Source: Phyllobates terribilis
Taxonomy: Eukaryota
Direction of reading: 5' to 3'
Length of the DNA: 64,000 bases
Assembly (NCBI RefSeq): GCF_046119375.1
Contig: NW_027366878.1
Location: 1-64,000 of the forward strand
In this document: positions 51,953-64,000 of the stretch, in pieces
Numbering within the stretch: the stretch's first letter is position 1
How the letters are laid out: each line of letters begins with the position of its first letter
The notes under the pieces: generated by a model
What the model was told of the DNA's origin: nothing
The model's database searches: none
Seen by the model: the letters and a program-made list of their open reading frames with translations, nothing else
Position numbers and translations under genes: made by a program

Positions 51953-53067
51953 GTTTATAATAGTACTACTATTTTACCATAACTCACTGTTTTACGTGAA
52001 CCTAAATCTATCTTCCATAATCTATTTTTTTAAACTAGATATGTCCGGTGATCCAAGATTTGGACTGACGGGCTAGAAAAATACGTGAAGTATTATTATT
52101 TGGTATTTCATAAACGAGTAGAAATTATATCACGTGATTTTTTTATCTAATATTCTTATACGTAAAATAGAATATTCATATACCTATTCCGGATATAAAT
52201 ACATGTCTTTAGACAAAAGTTCACACAAATCAAGCTAGAAATTACTTATCTAAATAACCCTAGTAAAGTACATTGGAAATGTAAAAAGGTAAATAAAGTA
52301 GCTTTAATGTAATGATTGCATAGAGGTAAATATGGTAAAAGTAGGAAAAAGTTGGTAAAATGATATGTATTTGTATCCAAGAAAAGTGATATAAAATGAC
52401 ATGTATTTGTATCCAGAGGGAGTATATATTATAAATATTAAAATACGCATAAATAATTGATGTGATGAAAAATGTCATATTGAATCACAGTATAATGATA
52501 TCTTGGGATAAGAACTAGTTTAATTCGTGTTTCATGCAAATGTTTATCCAATATTTTTATTTTGAAAATAATAATTGTGCTTATATAGGCTCCGTTCGGC
52601 CGAGTTTTTTGGAGCTTAAAATAGCTCTTTTTTTCTTAATTAGCATCTTGAGTGTTCAGTAAAATAAAATAAAACTAGCTTAACAAGCTTAAACAATACT
52701 ATTTGTTTACTATTTTATACGAAACTCGTTATATATCATCAAATCACAAACTAAATGATAATAAAATTAAAAATTATTCCAAAGTCTAACATATTTCATA
52801 AAATTTGAAAGTCAACAATTAAGAAAAATACAATATCAAAACATATTAGATTATTCCAAAATTTTGAAAAAGTAATAGTATAGATCAATTGATAACATAA
52901 TCTTCTACCATTCCACATTCTTAAAGCAATTGTATATATGATGTTCTTTATTCTTTTAACTAACCATCTTCGCCTTCCTTTACAAAAAGCGATATAGGAT
53001 CTCGATCATATCATTCTTCAAGATAGGAATCATTAAAAATATGCTTGAGTTATGCTTATATAATCAA

Positions 53068-53098
53068 CTAGGTTTTTATTACCCATGCTTCGCATGGG
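53068..53098 (-). mobile_element. Helitron 3' terminus (minus strand)
   Basis: Perfect hairpin CCCATGC-GAA-GCATGGG followed about 10 nt later by CTAG|T on the minus strand; 5' end not located. Confidence 0.6.
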
Positions 53099-53594
53099 TT
53101 TTATCATTTTAGGAGATTATATATAGATTGAACATTATTTATATTGTATGCGTTTAATATAAATAATTAAGCAACACACAAATGTGTTACCCCTCATGTT
53201 CTGATTAGTTAATATTGTAGTTTATATATTCGTGCTTAGCTTTTGGCAAGTTGAGACAAACTTTGATTTATTCATGTAAAAATTTTGATCAATCTAAATA
53301 TTGATATACAAATATATAAATGAAATGAGAATAATATTTTTGTCAAAATGAATAGGTTATAGATACTGTGACATGGACATGTTTAAAAATGCCACATACC
53401 CATAAGCACTTAGATACAACAATAAACCGAATCAAAATATCTTTAAATTTTAAATTGGAAAATTAATCATTGGGCTTATGTTGTTCCGCCATTATGCATT
53501 TAGAAATCATCGTTTGATTTTTAATTCTATTTTTTTCTGTATAACGATATCTTTTATATTTGTGGCAAACTATTTATATGTATTAGTCTAAACA

Positions 53595-54925
53595 GCTTGG
53601 TCGCAAGCCGAGTGTCCCAGATATGTATAGCCATCTACACACCACGAAGAAGGACAAGAACCTCTTGGTGGACAAGAGGGCCCAGAACATGACGGTAAGT
53701 TGTAGACTAATAACATGTTATGCGTTTTTACTATCTAACTGATATGTTTTTCAATCTTACTATAGGACGCGATCGCTCAGAAGCTTGTTGCTAGCGTCCC
53801 ATTCATCAATCGGAGAGGTGGTTGCTCGAGCATAGAAGACGTGGACGAGACCAAGTTGTTTTTGGATATCGAGGGAACCAATAAGAAGCATCGAGTGTAT
53901 AGACTTGGTTCAACGACCAATGCATATATCAATACAGCTCACAACAGGGCGTAACCTGGCTTATCACGACCCAACTCATATTCACAGTCTAACGTAGAGA
54001 AGGTTCATTGGTGTGTTCAAAAAATCCAGGAGAAAATGCATAAGAAAATGCAGGAGAAAATGCAAAAAACGCAATTGCAAATGCAAATGCAAGCACAAGC
54101 ATAGGCACAAACGTAGGCATAAATGGTCGAGCTTGTTCGGGAGGAGGTGTCGAAGTTGATGCTGAACCTTCCTCTATAGCATTGCCCATCATCAAGCGAT
54201 GACGACGATACTACAACAATGTAGTATTTTTATGTTTTATTTCTTAACAGTTATGATCTGGATGAACTTTGTTTGTGGTGTTTTGTATGTTATGATCTGG
54301 ATGAACTTTGTTTGTAGTGTTTTGTATGTTATGATCTGGATAATATAACTTTATGTTTGTGTAAACTTTGAATACCGTGTTTGAATATGAATGTAAATCT
54401 TGAATTACCAGGTTTTTGTTGGAAAACGACAAAATGACGTAAAACCAAAAAAACCTTCCTTTTCGCGACGGATTTAGACATAAATTGAGATGAATAGAGG
54501 TTTCCAAATGATATATTCCAAAAATATAGGCGACATATTAGCGATGGAGTGGTGACGGATTGGCGATGGATTTAGTAACGGGTTGGCGAGAGATCTAGTG
54601 ACGTGATAGCGACGAAATTGGAAAATGCCTTCAAATATTACCATTTTGTGACGGAAATCCTTCGCCATTTATAAAAAAATTATCGGCAAAACGTATCCTA
54701 CTAGTCTCAAGGGGGACTGGGATTTGCGATGGACAGTTTATATTCGCGACGGATGATCCGTTGCTAAATCCGCGACGAATAACCGATTCCGTCACTGAAA
54801 GTGATTCACGATCACAATGGAACTGGTGGACAAGGTCCATCGGGAATCCGTCGCTATCTGTGATTGGCGAAGGATTGCTGGTGATTAGCAAAGGACTATT
54901 GGTCCATCGGAATTTTCTAGTAGTG
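53595..54925 (+). mobile_element. 5'-truncated CACTA remnant (TnpA C-terminal exons plus right TIR)
   Basis: Translation PSVPDMYSHLHTTKKDKNLLVDKRAQNMT|GTAAGT and DETKLFLDIEGTNKKHRVYRLGS parallel TnpA exons 4-5 of the full element; CGACGG/CCGTCG-type subterminal motifs; ends CTAGTAGTG. Confidence 0.8.
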
Positions 54926-55559
54926 CCTATTTTACATTGTCAACAACAGTCAACATAAAATTCAACTATACATTTGTTTCAGTTTCTTCCCAACTCTCTT
55001 CTAGCTCCGTTTTATTTTTTCCTGGAATAGCCTATGGGGTTGTAGGAAGTGAAAGGAATATTATGCTAAATTTGCAACAATCAATAAGGATAGATACATC
55101 ATTGTGCTTGGCTCTTTGTGGTGATTAAATGTACTGAGGGTGAGCCGGAAGTTTGTTAAGTCTTAGGAGATCCCATTCTTGCACAAATTGAGAGAATGAT
55201 GACAAGCCATGAGAACCTTAGTGACTAGCTTCTCTGTTGTTCAATGCACAAGAATTCAGAAACAATAGACTCTTATTTTTGAATTAGTTTTGCTACGAAT
55301 CCAACATCAACAGGGGTTGCGAATCCAACTTTCTCAAGCCTTTCCCATCATTAATGGCGGAAGGCCAAGCTTTGAGATTAACTTAGCTGAGAATAGAGAT
55401 GTGTCAACTTCAAGTGGTTTCTTTGAGGGCACTTTTTCTTTCATTTTAGTGACTTCAATGACAAAAAACATACAAAAGGCTTTGAAACATCAAAAAAGGC
55501 TGTTAGACTTGTTCGAAAAAAAAACATTTTTTAGAAATAGAAAAAACAATGAATACAGG

Positions 55560-57850
55560 AAAAAACCATAAAATTATATGTAAGAATTACAAACATTCAA
55601 TATAAAGTTAATAAACCTTCAATTTGAAATTTATGAACCTTTGATATAAATTCATGGACTTAAAGTAAAAAACTCATGATCCAAAATAAAACATTCTTAT
55701 AGGCTTAAGAAATCATAGGTGACTAAATTATATCATAAAGTTCAAAAGAAAGTTTATCAATCTTAAAAAACGTGAACCTTCAACTGGAATTTTGTAAAAG
55801 AATCTTCAATCTAAATTCTATGAATCTTCAATATAAAATTTACAAACCTTTACTATACATTATTGAACCTAAAATATAAAATTCGTATCTCATAACAATG
55901 ATTCAAATTGACTTGCAAACTCTCATAAATATGTGAATGAGCTTATTAGAGAAAACTCATGAATTTACTATAGAAAATTCATGAATTTGAAAAAAAATAT
56001 TATAAACTCATGAACTCACTATAGAAAATTTGTGGACCAGAAAAAAGATCAACGACGTTCATTTTTTTTATGAAAGATGTGAACCTCCAATATAATTTAT
56101 TAAAAACAATTTATTAACATGTAGTATAAAATTTATCAACTTCAACATAAAATTCACGAACCTTTGATATAAATTCATGAACCTAAAATATAAAATTTAT
56201 GCACCTTACATATAGTTTTGTGAACCTCAAGTATAAAACTTTAACCTATAACAAAAAAATCTTTTAGACTTGCAGAATCTCATAAAAATCATGAATCTTT
56301 GAAAAGGTTTTTGAACTTGTAAAGAATCTTCAAAACAATATCTTAGACATCTAGAAGAAAATTCATGAGTCTGAAAGACGTGAACTTTCAATAAAAGTTT
56401 CGTGAAATTAATTTATGAACTTGTAATATAATATTAATAAACCATTGATATAAATTTATGAACCTAAAAATATGAACTTGTAAAGAATCTTCAAAACAAT
56501 ATCGTAGACATCCAAAAGAAAATTCATGAGTCTTATAAACGTGAACTTCAATAAAAGTTTCGTGAAATTAATTTATGAACCTGTAATATAATATTAATGA
56601 ACCATTAATATAAATTTATGAACCTAAAATATGAAATTGATAGCCCGTAAAACAACATGGATTGAAATGAAAAAAAACTTATGAACCCGCAATATAAAGT
56701 TCTGAATATACAATACTAAATCATGAGCCCATAATATAATATTCATGAATCTTGAAAAAAGGCTTCTCCATCTATCTTCTTTTTCAACTCTTCTATAATC
56801 TTCCATTCTTCAAATTCATCATTCTTTTTACAATTAGAAAACTACCAAATCCTTGAAAACTTCCCCCAACGTTGCTCTACGCAACCTCAACAAAACTCAC
56901 GATATAAAAAATTCATATTTTTATAAATAGGTGAGTTAGTCCATGAGTCAAACTCATGAACCAGAATTTTTTTAATAGAAATCCAAAAGAAAATTCATGA
57001 TCAAAAAGACGTGAACCTTCATTTAGATTTTGTTGATTTTTTGATGAACTTTCAATATCAAAAACTTGCAAATATGAATTCATGAAGCTACAATATAAAA
57101 TTCACGAACATATTATAAAAACTCATTAGTCATTAAAAAAAGTATCTTGAACTCGCAAGAAAATAGTAATAAATTAAAAATTAAATCGACTAACACAAGG
57201 GAAAATTATTAAAATATTTAAAAAACCAATAGAATTAAATGAAAAACTTATAAACCTGCAATATATATTCATGAACCTAAAATATAAATTCATGAACGTA
57301 TAATACAAAACTCAATAGTATTTAAAAAGAAACACTTGAAATTTATAGAAAAAATATTCATAAATCAAAATAAAAAAAATCTGATTAACTACAAGGAAAA
57401 AACATAGATTTTATAAAAAAAAACAACAAAATTAAATGAAAAACCTTTGAACCTGCAATCAAAAGTCATGAACCAACAATATAAATTCATGAACATATAA
57501 TAAAAAACTCATTAGACTTGATAAAGAAGCTCTTGAAATTGCTAGAAAATATTCTTAAATTACAAATAAAAAATTCAATAAACTACAAGGGAAAAAAAGC
57601 ATAAAATTAAATGAAAAAAACAATAGAATTAAATAAAATAACTTGTGAATTCTCAATATACATTCTTGAGCGTATAATACAAAACTCATGAACCTTCAAA
57701 CAATACTTTTGAATTTGTGAGGAAAAAAACCATGAAATACTTAAAAAACAAACTTAAATAAAAAATTATGAACCCGCAATATAAAAGTCATGAACCCACA
57801 ATATAAAAACCATGAACCCATAATCTAACACTCTATTACGAAAAACTATA
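55560..57850. repeat. Long AT-rich degenerate motif array (AAATTCATGAACC-like) with a roughly 158-bp tandem duplication at about 56313-56630
   Basis: Dozens of (T/A)TCATGAA(C/T) motifs; two near-identical consecutive blocks starting AACTTGTAAAGAATCTTCAAAACAATATC. Confidence 0.65.
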
Positions 57851-59329
57851 AACCTAGATAAAACTTGTGAAGGGAACAAAAATCTTTATAAATTTGCAAA
57901 ATCTCATATATAGACCATGAGGAATTTGAACCCACATTAACACAAACACGTTGCCCTGCTGTTTGAGCTAATATGCTACCACCTATACAGAAAACATCAT
58001 TATACAAGCCATTTATATCTCATGCACAAACAACCATACAACCTAAGCTTCAACAAAAACAAAAAACAAACATACAAGTTGCACGATGTAGCAATAACAA
58101 GGCACATAGAAAATTTGATGCAATAACATACAACAATGACCATTCTCGCCAACAAATTGAACAAGCTAAAGCATGAGCACATCAAACACCTCATGTAGAA
58201 CAACATTAGCTCTTCAAGATGCCATGGACAACTAGCAAAACATGAGTAGCAAAAGAAGCATCATTTCTTGGAACAATGCACACCTCACTATGGTACAAAA
58301 TATGCAGTTCTTGTATAGAACATGATGTAGAACACTTAGAAGGATGCCTCTAAAACAATATCAGATCAACACCTATATCACAATGACTATACCTTCTGAT
58401 GGACCAAGGCTTGATCTGTGGAAATGTCTAAGAAAAGAAATGTTAGCACTACTAAGAAAGCTTCACTAAATCTAAACAAACTCTATAGACCTCTATTAAG
58501 AATGTATGGAGCCTTTCAGACCATTATTGAAGTCAAATCATGATAGAAACTCAAACATATACAAGGGTGGAAGGATAAACTAATCTGCAGCTGATGTGGA
58601 ACTTCCACAGAGCTTAGGGTGTGATGCTTGCAAATTAGGTGCTATATGGTCTGAGATGAAAAACAAATAACAAAAAGCTAACGACAACGAAAAAACAACC
58701 TTCAAAATACCATCCATTACTTTTAGAAGCATTTATTCCATTCATTACTCTGCATAGCCAAGAAAATAATTCAATAGGAACTTGGTCAAAATATTATCTC
58801 AGGATGTTATAACTTAGAGCATAATTCTTTCTAAAAAGGGAAGAAATTAGAAGCAATGGAGAAGTACGTGATAGACTCAGCCAATCTATGAAAATGTGGA
58901 AAACTGCCTTCATGACACTGATAACTAGGATCTACAAGGACATTTGTTGTCACTACTAGTACCTACAACACAGTTTAAAGATATGAAAATATGCTTAATT
59001 TTGATGTCTAGAGTGTTAAATAAGCCACATTACAACACATCATTAATAAATAAGCCACATTACAACACATCATTAATAAACTTGGCTTGTTTAAGTGCTT
59101 AATCTGAAAAAAATAACTTTCTAGCTCTATATAACAAAGTATATACTAATATCACTCATGAAAATGTGTTTAAATAAATGTTTTTTACCATCAAAACTAG
59201 GGAATCTTAACAGCCTTCTAGTTTATGCAAACAAGGTCGAATAAGTTACAACAAGGGGATTCAAATACACCTTGTTTCCACCACAAGGAAGACCAACGTC
59301 ATGCTACTAATCGCATCAAGGGCCTTTTC

Positions 59330-61497
59330 AATGCGAATGGTGTGTGCATACAATATAAAGTTGGAGTCGAAAATTTTTACTTTCTATGACAACTTGTTCA
59401 AATCCGAAGCATGTATTGACTTGGATGAAACAATCTATAACATCTCGTGTGCAATTTCGGAGGATGTGAGTGGTGAACTGGATTGTATGCCTACTATGGA
59501 TGAGATTCGGGTTGCCTAATTTCATATGCATCTCACCAAAGTACCTAGCATTGATAGTATACACGCTATATTTTTTCAACGTTTCTACGAGATTATGGGG
59601 AACAAATTTATTGCTTATGTACAATGTTGGTGGAAGGGGGAGAGGTCTCTAAGGGAGTTAAAGTATAATTTTGCGACTCTGACTCCAAAACTTAAGGACC
59701 CAAAGAAAGTTAGTGACTGTAGGACATTAGGCTATGTACCGTGCTTTATAAAATTGCTTCCAAAATATTGGCAAATCAGCTCAAACCTGTGTATAGTGCT
59801 TTTATTCCAAATAGGATGATTACTGATAATTCCACGATTGCCTTTGACGCTTTCCACAAGATGAAATAACGAAAAATCAGGGAAGGGACTTGGTGCTAAA
59901 CTTGATATGTATGAAGGCATATGACCGTGTGGAATGGGCGTTTCTTGAGGCTGTTATGAGTAGAATCGGTTCCTCACGTGCATGGGTTAAACAAGTTCTT
60001 AGCTGCCTCAACATGGTCCAGTTCTCATTCAAATACGTCTATGGACATCTTACTCTAACCCGTGGTTTGCGTTAGGGATGCCCTCTCCCGCCTTATCTTT
60101 TCATCATGCATGTGTGAAGAAGGACTGTCTTCTTTGATTTATAAAGCTGCTGGCTTGGGGTTGATACATGAGATTCAAACTTGTCATTCGGGCCCACCAA
60201 TCACGTACCTCTAATGGCAGCTGGCACTTTGCTAAACCGAATTTTTTTGAGTTCTCGGTTATAACTGACATTTTCAGTGTATATGAGACAAAAGGTCAGT
60301 ATGTCGAAATTGGGAACTTTCTTTCGTGCCAATGTGAAAGTTGTTGTCCGCTTGAGTTTCTAAGATCTGTTGGGTGTGAAGGAAGTAGTTTGTTATTCAA
60401 AATACATGGGGTTGCCAACTATTGCGGGGAGGTCGAAAAAGATTATCTTTGATGGAGGTTAAAAAGAGCATTTAGAAGAAAGCTAATGGTCGGAAAGAAA
60501 AGCTAGTCAAAGTTATTAAAATCTAGATCTGGATCTTAAACACTTATGATGTTACGATCCAAGATAGATATCTGATCCAGATATATCGCTATACTCTATT
60601 TGTATCAAAATTTTATTGTGGATCTTATTGGATCTCTTAATATCAATAGGATCTTACGATTTTATCATCCGTGTAAGATTCTAATGTTGAACTTTTGTGA
60701 GACACTAACGCCTGTATGAATCTTATTATTCTATATTTTATTTTTCATATGATTAAAATCTCTATATATGTGCATCTCTCATATAGTAGTATTAGATCAA
60801 AATCCTATGATTTACTCATTTGTGATCTACAACTAAAACAATCCATACGTGATTGTTTATAATTTGCAAAGAATAATCATCCCTTTGAACCAATGCTTTA
60901 AATTTTATTTTCTAGACTTCAAATTTAGAATAGATTTTTTGTAGTACAATGTTTATAATTGAATATCAAATTGTCTTTTATTAATTGTTAAGTCTTATGA
61001 CACTAAGATCAAATTATACGATCCGATCTCAATGATTCTTCATGATCCGATCCAAAAATCTCGATTTAAATAACTTTAAGGCAGGGGCGAGAGGTACTTT
61101 TTAAATCTGTGCTACATGCGATACCCTTGTATGTACTGAGCATTTTCCACTTGCGTAAGACCTTATTTGACAAGATCAATGTGATGCTAGCATGGTTCTC
61201 GTTGGGATTGTGAGATCGGGAACATAAAGCACACTAGCTTTCTTGGGCTAAGTTGTGCATGCCGAAGAAACATGATGGATAGGATACCAGGATCTCAATG
61301 TTATTAAGTATTAACCATCTTAATTGGTTGGCGGGATGAGTCCTGGGTGCACAGTATTTCTGATGGTCTACTTTCTTAGAAGCACAATTGTGGTGATCAT
61401 CCGAGTTACTCTTGGGTGAGTATCTGATGAGTAAAACGTCTGCTCCTTGGTGGACTTTATCGGTGTGTAGGCACTAGTGTGATTATAACTGCTCTAT
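59330..61497 (+). mobile_element. Heavily decayed LINE RT region, interrupted by a MITE and bounded on the right by an LTR element
   Basis: Remnant motifs DEIRVA...IFFQRFYEIMG, KAYDRVEWAFL, RGLR-x-GCPLPPYLF, then KEKL | MITE | AGRE...KSVLHAIPLYVLSIF and SWAKLCMPK. Confidence 0.8.
60508..61078. mobile_element. GATC-rich MITE (hAT-like TIRs) inserted in the LINE
   Basis: TIRs CAAAGTTATTAAAATC and (reverse complement) TAAAGTTATTTAAATC; LINE coding remnants resume on both sides; TSD not recognisable. Confidence 0.65.
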
Positions 61498-62468
61498 TGA
61501 TAGAAGACTTTTGCCTGGTCATTTATAGACATGCAAAAGTGCGCTATGAAAAATAGAATTCTTTAAACTCTTAAACAGACTAAAACAAACTAACCCAAGG
61601 GCAGTCTAGTGGAAGTACGGGTCAAAATCTCGGGAGATATAGATACGTAATAATTATAATTTATGCCAATCTCAACAATAACAAATCACAAGAATGCAAG
61701 TCTTGTCAGGACCAACATTCATGTGAACACATCAGGGATTACAGAAAAAGTCACACAAATAAACAAAGAACAAAAAGGAAAAGAACAAAGCAATGCGAGA
61801 ATGAAATATGCAAAACACTTAACTGAGTCTATACATCTCCAGTAGAAAAGTTGATCATAGAAATTCATCAAATACCCAACACGCAGTTGAGTTCTTACTC
61901 CTATACTAATTTAACTAGAACATCAAATAGAGCATAATAGTCCTATCCATATTAGTTGACCACGACAAACCCATCAATGATTCAAACCATATGAGGCATT
62001 AAGCAAAGAGCATCAAGATATGAGCATGAGCGACTAGCCCTAAATATCAATTCTCTACAAGAAAACCCTAACACAAACAAATACTAGAATAACATGCTAG
62101 ATTTTAAGGAATAGAAAGCATTAAACAAGCACAATCTATCCGAGCAGTGGATATAATCAACACATAGACTAGTTGGTCAAACTAAAAAATATATCAATCA
62201 ATCCTAAACAACTAAGCTCAAGATAAAAGATAACATCATGAAAGCAATAGGTAAGGGTAGAAAATCTCCCAACTTAATCAAACTGAAAACTTCATAATCC
62301 GGCTAAGCGAAAGAGCTTAGCACATGTTCATATTGTACAATAATGGAAAACTAGGGCAAAATCCCCCTAGGTAGAAATTACCAAGGAAGAAGTCATGAAA
62401 TAGAAATAGAAGTTCTCCTTAAATACTAAAACCTAAAATCAAATCTTCCAATAATAAGATAAGGAAAC

Positions 62469-62526
<58 letters not shown>

Positions 62527-64000
62527 TACCTTAATTAATTCATCTAGAATAACAAAGATATGAAAACTAATATTAAACTATGCAGAGAATCTCGGCCAAA
62601 CTCCAATCATGGAAATCTAGCAATGGCGGCCAACTTGCAAGGGAAATCAACGAACATTAAGAAAGGACCACCAGCGGGCACCTAAGACCCGTAGATGGGC
62701 GCCGCCATTCCATATATGGGAATCTTACGTGGACATCACCGGCGGGCGCCAAAGGATGGAGGCGGGCACCGCGGGTCACAAACACATCTCATGAACTTCA
62801 ACTTCTCTTCTTATGAACCTTGATCTTCATCTCTCGTCTTCTCTTCGGTTATTCTAATATCTTTGTCTTTGGCTTCTTGACTCGGTCTTGATCTTCATTC
62901 AAACTCATCAAAGTCTCGCAAGCTATCATTATATCTAAATCACTCTAGATAACTTTATCTTGCACATATTATATAGAACAAGCAATGTATCCAAATATGC
63001 ACTAATTTATCTCATATGGTACCAATAATACCATCAAATCCTTAAATAATAAAAATATATGTGTCATAGACGTGCCTATCAAGCTCCCTCACACTTGAAT
63101 TCCACTCTTCTCGAGTGGAATGCGCTACCACTTTATATGACATGAAAATCATGTAGAACTATAAGTGAAAAGTCATTAACAAGAAAAAGGACACAATATG
63201 CTCAAACCAACCTAAACTCCACTAAATGATCTCAACTCATAAATATCATCCAATCTCATCTTCATCAAAGATCAATTCCTAGGAAAAATCTCCATAGTTC
63301 AATAACATCAATATACATCAAACAGCATATGAGAACAAATATAACCTAGACTACTCCATGCCATCATCAAATGTGCACCAAAATGCCATATTAATATCGA
63401 AATCTCTACTCTACCACACTTCAACACAACCAAGTCCTAAATATGCAATAAAGTTCCACAAGCACAATAAAATGAAAATACATAACTAACCTTCTTCAAC
63501 AAGCTCGAAACGTGAGTGAATTCATAGATACTACACTTATCTCTCCAATTGAAAACCTACACGAAAACACTCCGATACACCGTACACTTATATCTCTGCT
63601 CTAGGTAAAATCAAACATCCTAAGACACTCAATTCTTTTAGACTCCAATTCTTTCTTAGGCGCCCTTTCGGGTTTTCGCCTAACACACTCATAAAACTGT
63701 GCTCACCAACCTCACTATCACTATGAATCTTGTTTTTGACATGCATATTACCCGCGAGATACTTGCTTATTACCTGAGTCACCCTTTCGGGTTTTCAACT
63801 CCTCCCTAGATTTATGCTCTTTAAATATTTTAAAAAATAATATGTAGAATACCCAACTCCTCTCGCACACTCAAAGTAGACATTATCCTCAATGTATGGA
63901 CATAAAAGATTAGGGAAAAGAGAGCGATACCCAAAAGTTAAGGTAAAAGTCTTGATGAAAGGAACTCAGAAAACACTCATCTTTGTCTTGAATGGACACT
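61498..64000 (-). mobile_element. Athila-like Gypsy retrotransposon: 3' LTR (61498-63081), PPT and internal 3' region continuing past the window
   Basis: Minus strand reads AAGTGTGAGGGAGCT (PPT) then TGATAGGCACG..., with a candidate LTR end ...AGTCTTCTATCA at 61498 where the LINE remnant stops. Confidence 0.72.
62469..62525. repeat. (TAA)19 microsatellite within the LTR
   Basis: 57 nt of perfect TAA repeat. Confidence 0.97.

Noticed and set aside
58190-58427. Chain of minus-strand micro-exons (35, 66 and 42 nt) with GT-AG borders
   Set aside because: The implied introns are only 43 and 52 nt, shorter than usual plant introns, and the joined frame hits a stop and resembles no known protein.

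Overview
Plant nuclear DNA: AT-rich, spliceosomal GT-AG introns, angiosperm TE families. A small gene island (about 14.4-31.5 kb) lies in a transposon-dense background. Host genes: NOP56 (8 exons, frameshift in exon 1 as written), a complete adenylate kinase (6 exons), an orphan first exon of a 4CL-like acyl-CoA ligase, and an orphan last exon of a nodulin-like/NFD4-type MFS transporter. Mobile DNA: several decayed LINEs, a 4.9-kb transposase-less PIF/Harbinger element, a 5.6-kb DD39D mariner, a near-intact 7.1-kb CACTA with TnpD and TnpA genes, a second CACTA remnant, a 2.66-kb solo LTR with perfect TSD, the 3' end of an Athila-like element, Helitron ends and MITEs. The most interesting signal is cargo inside DNA transposons. 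The mariner has an inward-facing promoter-like region, an interval of layered tandem repeats and an unannotated Cys/His-NLS-SIM-like reading frame on the strand opposite the transposase. The PIF element carries a cleanly spliced 92-aa acidic ORF beside tandem arrays. All calls were made by eye; no database searches were run.
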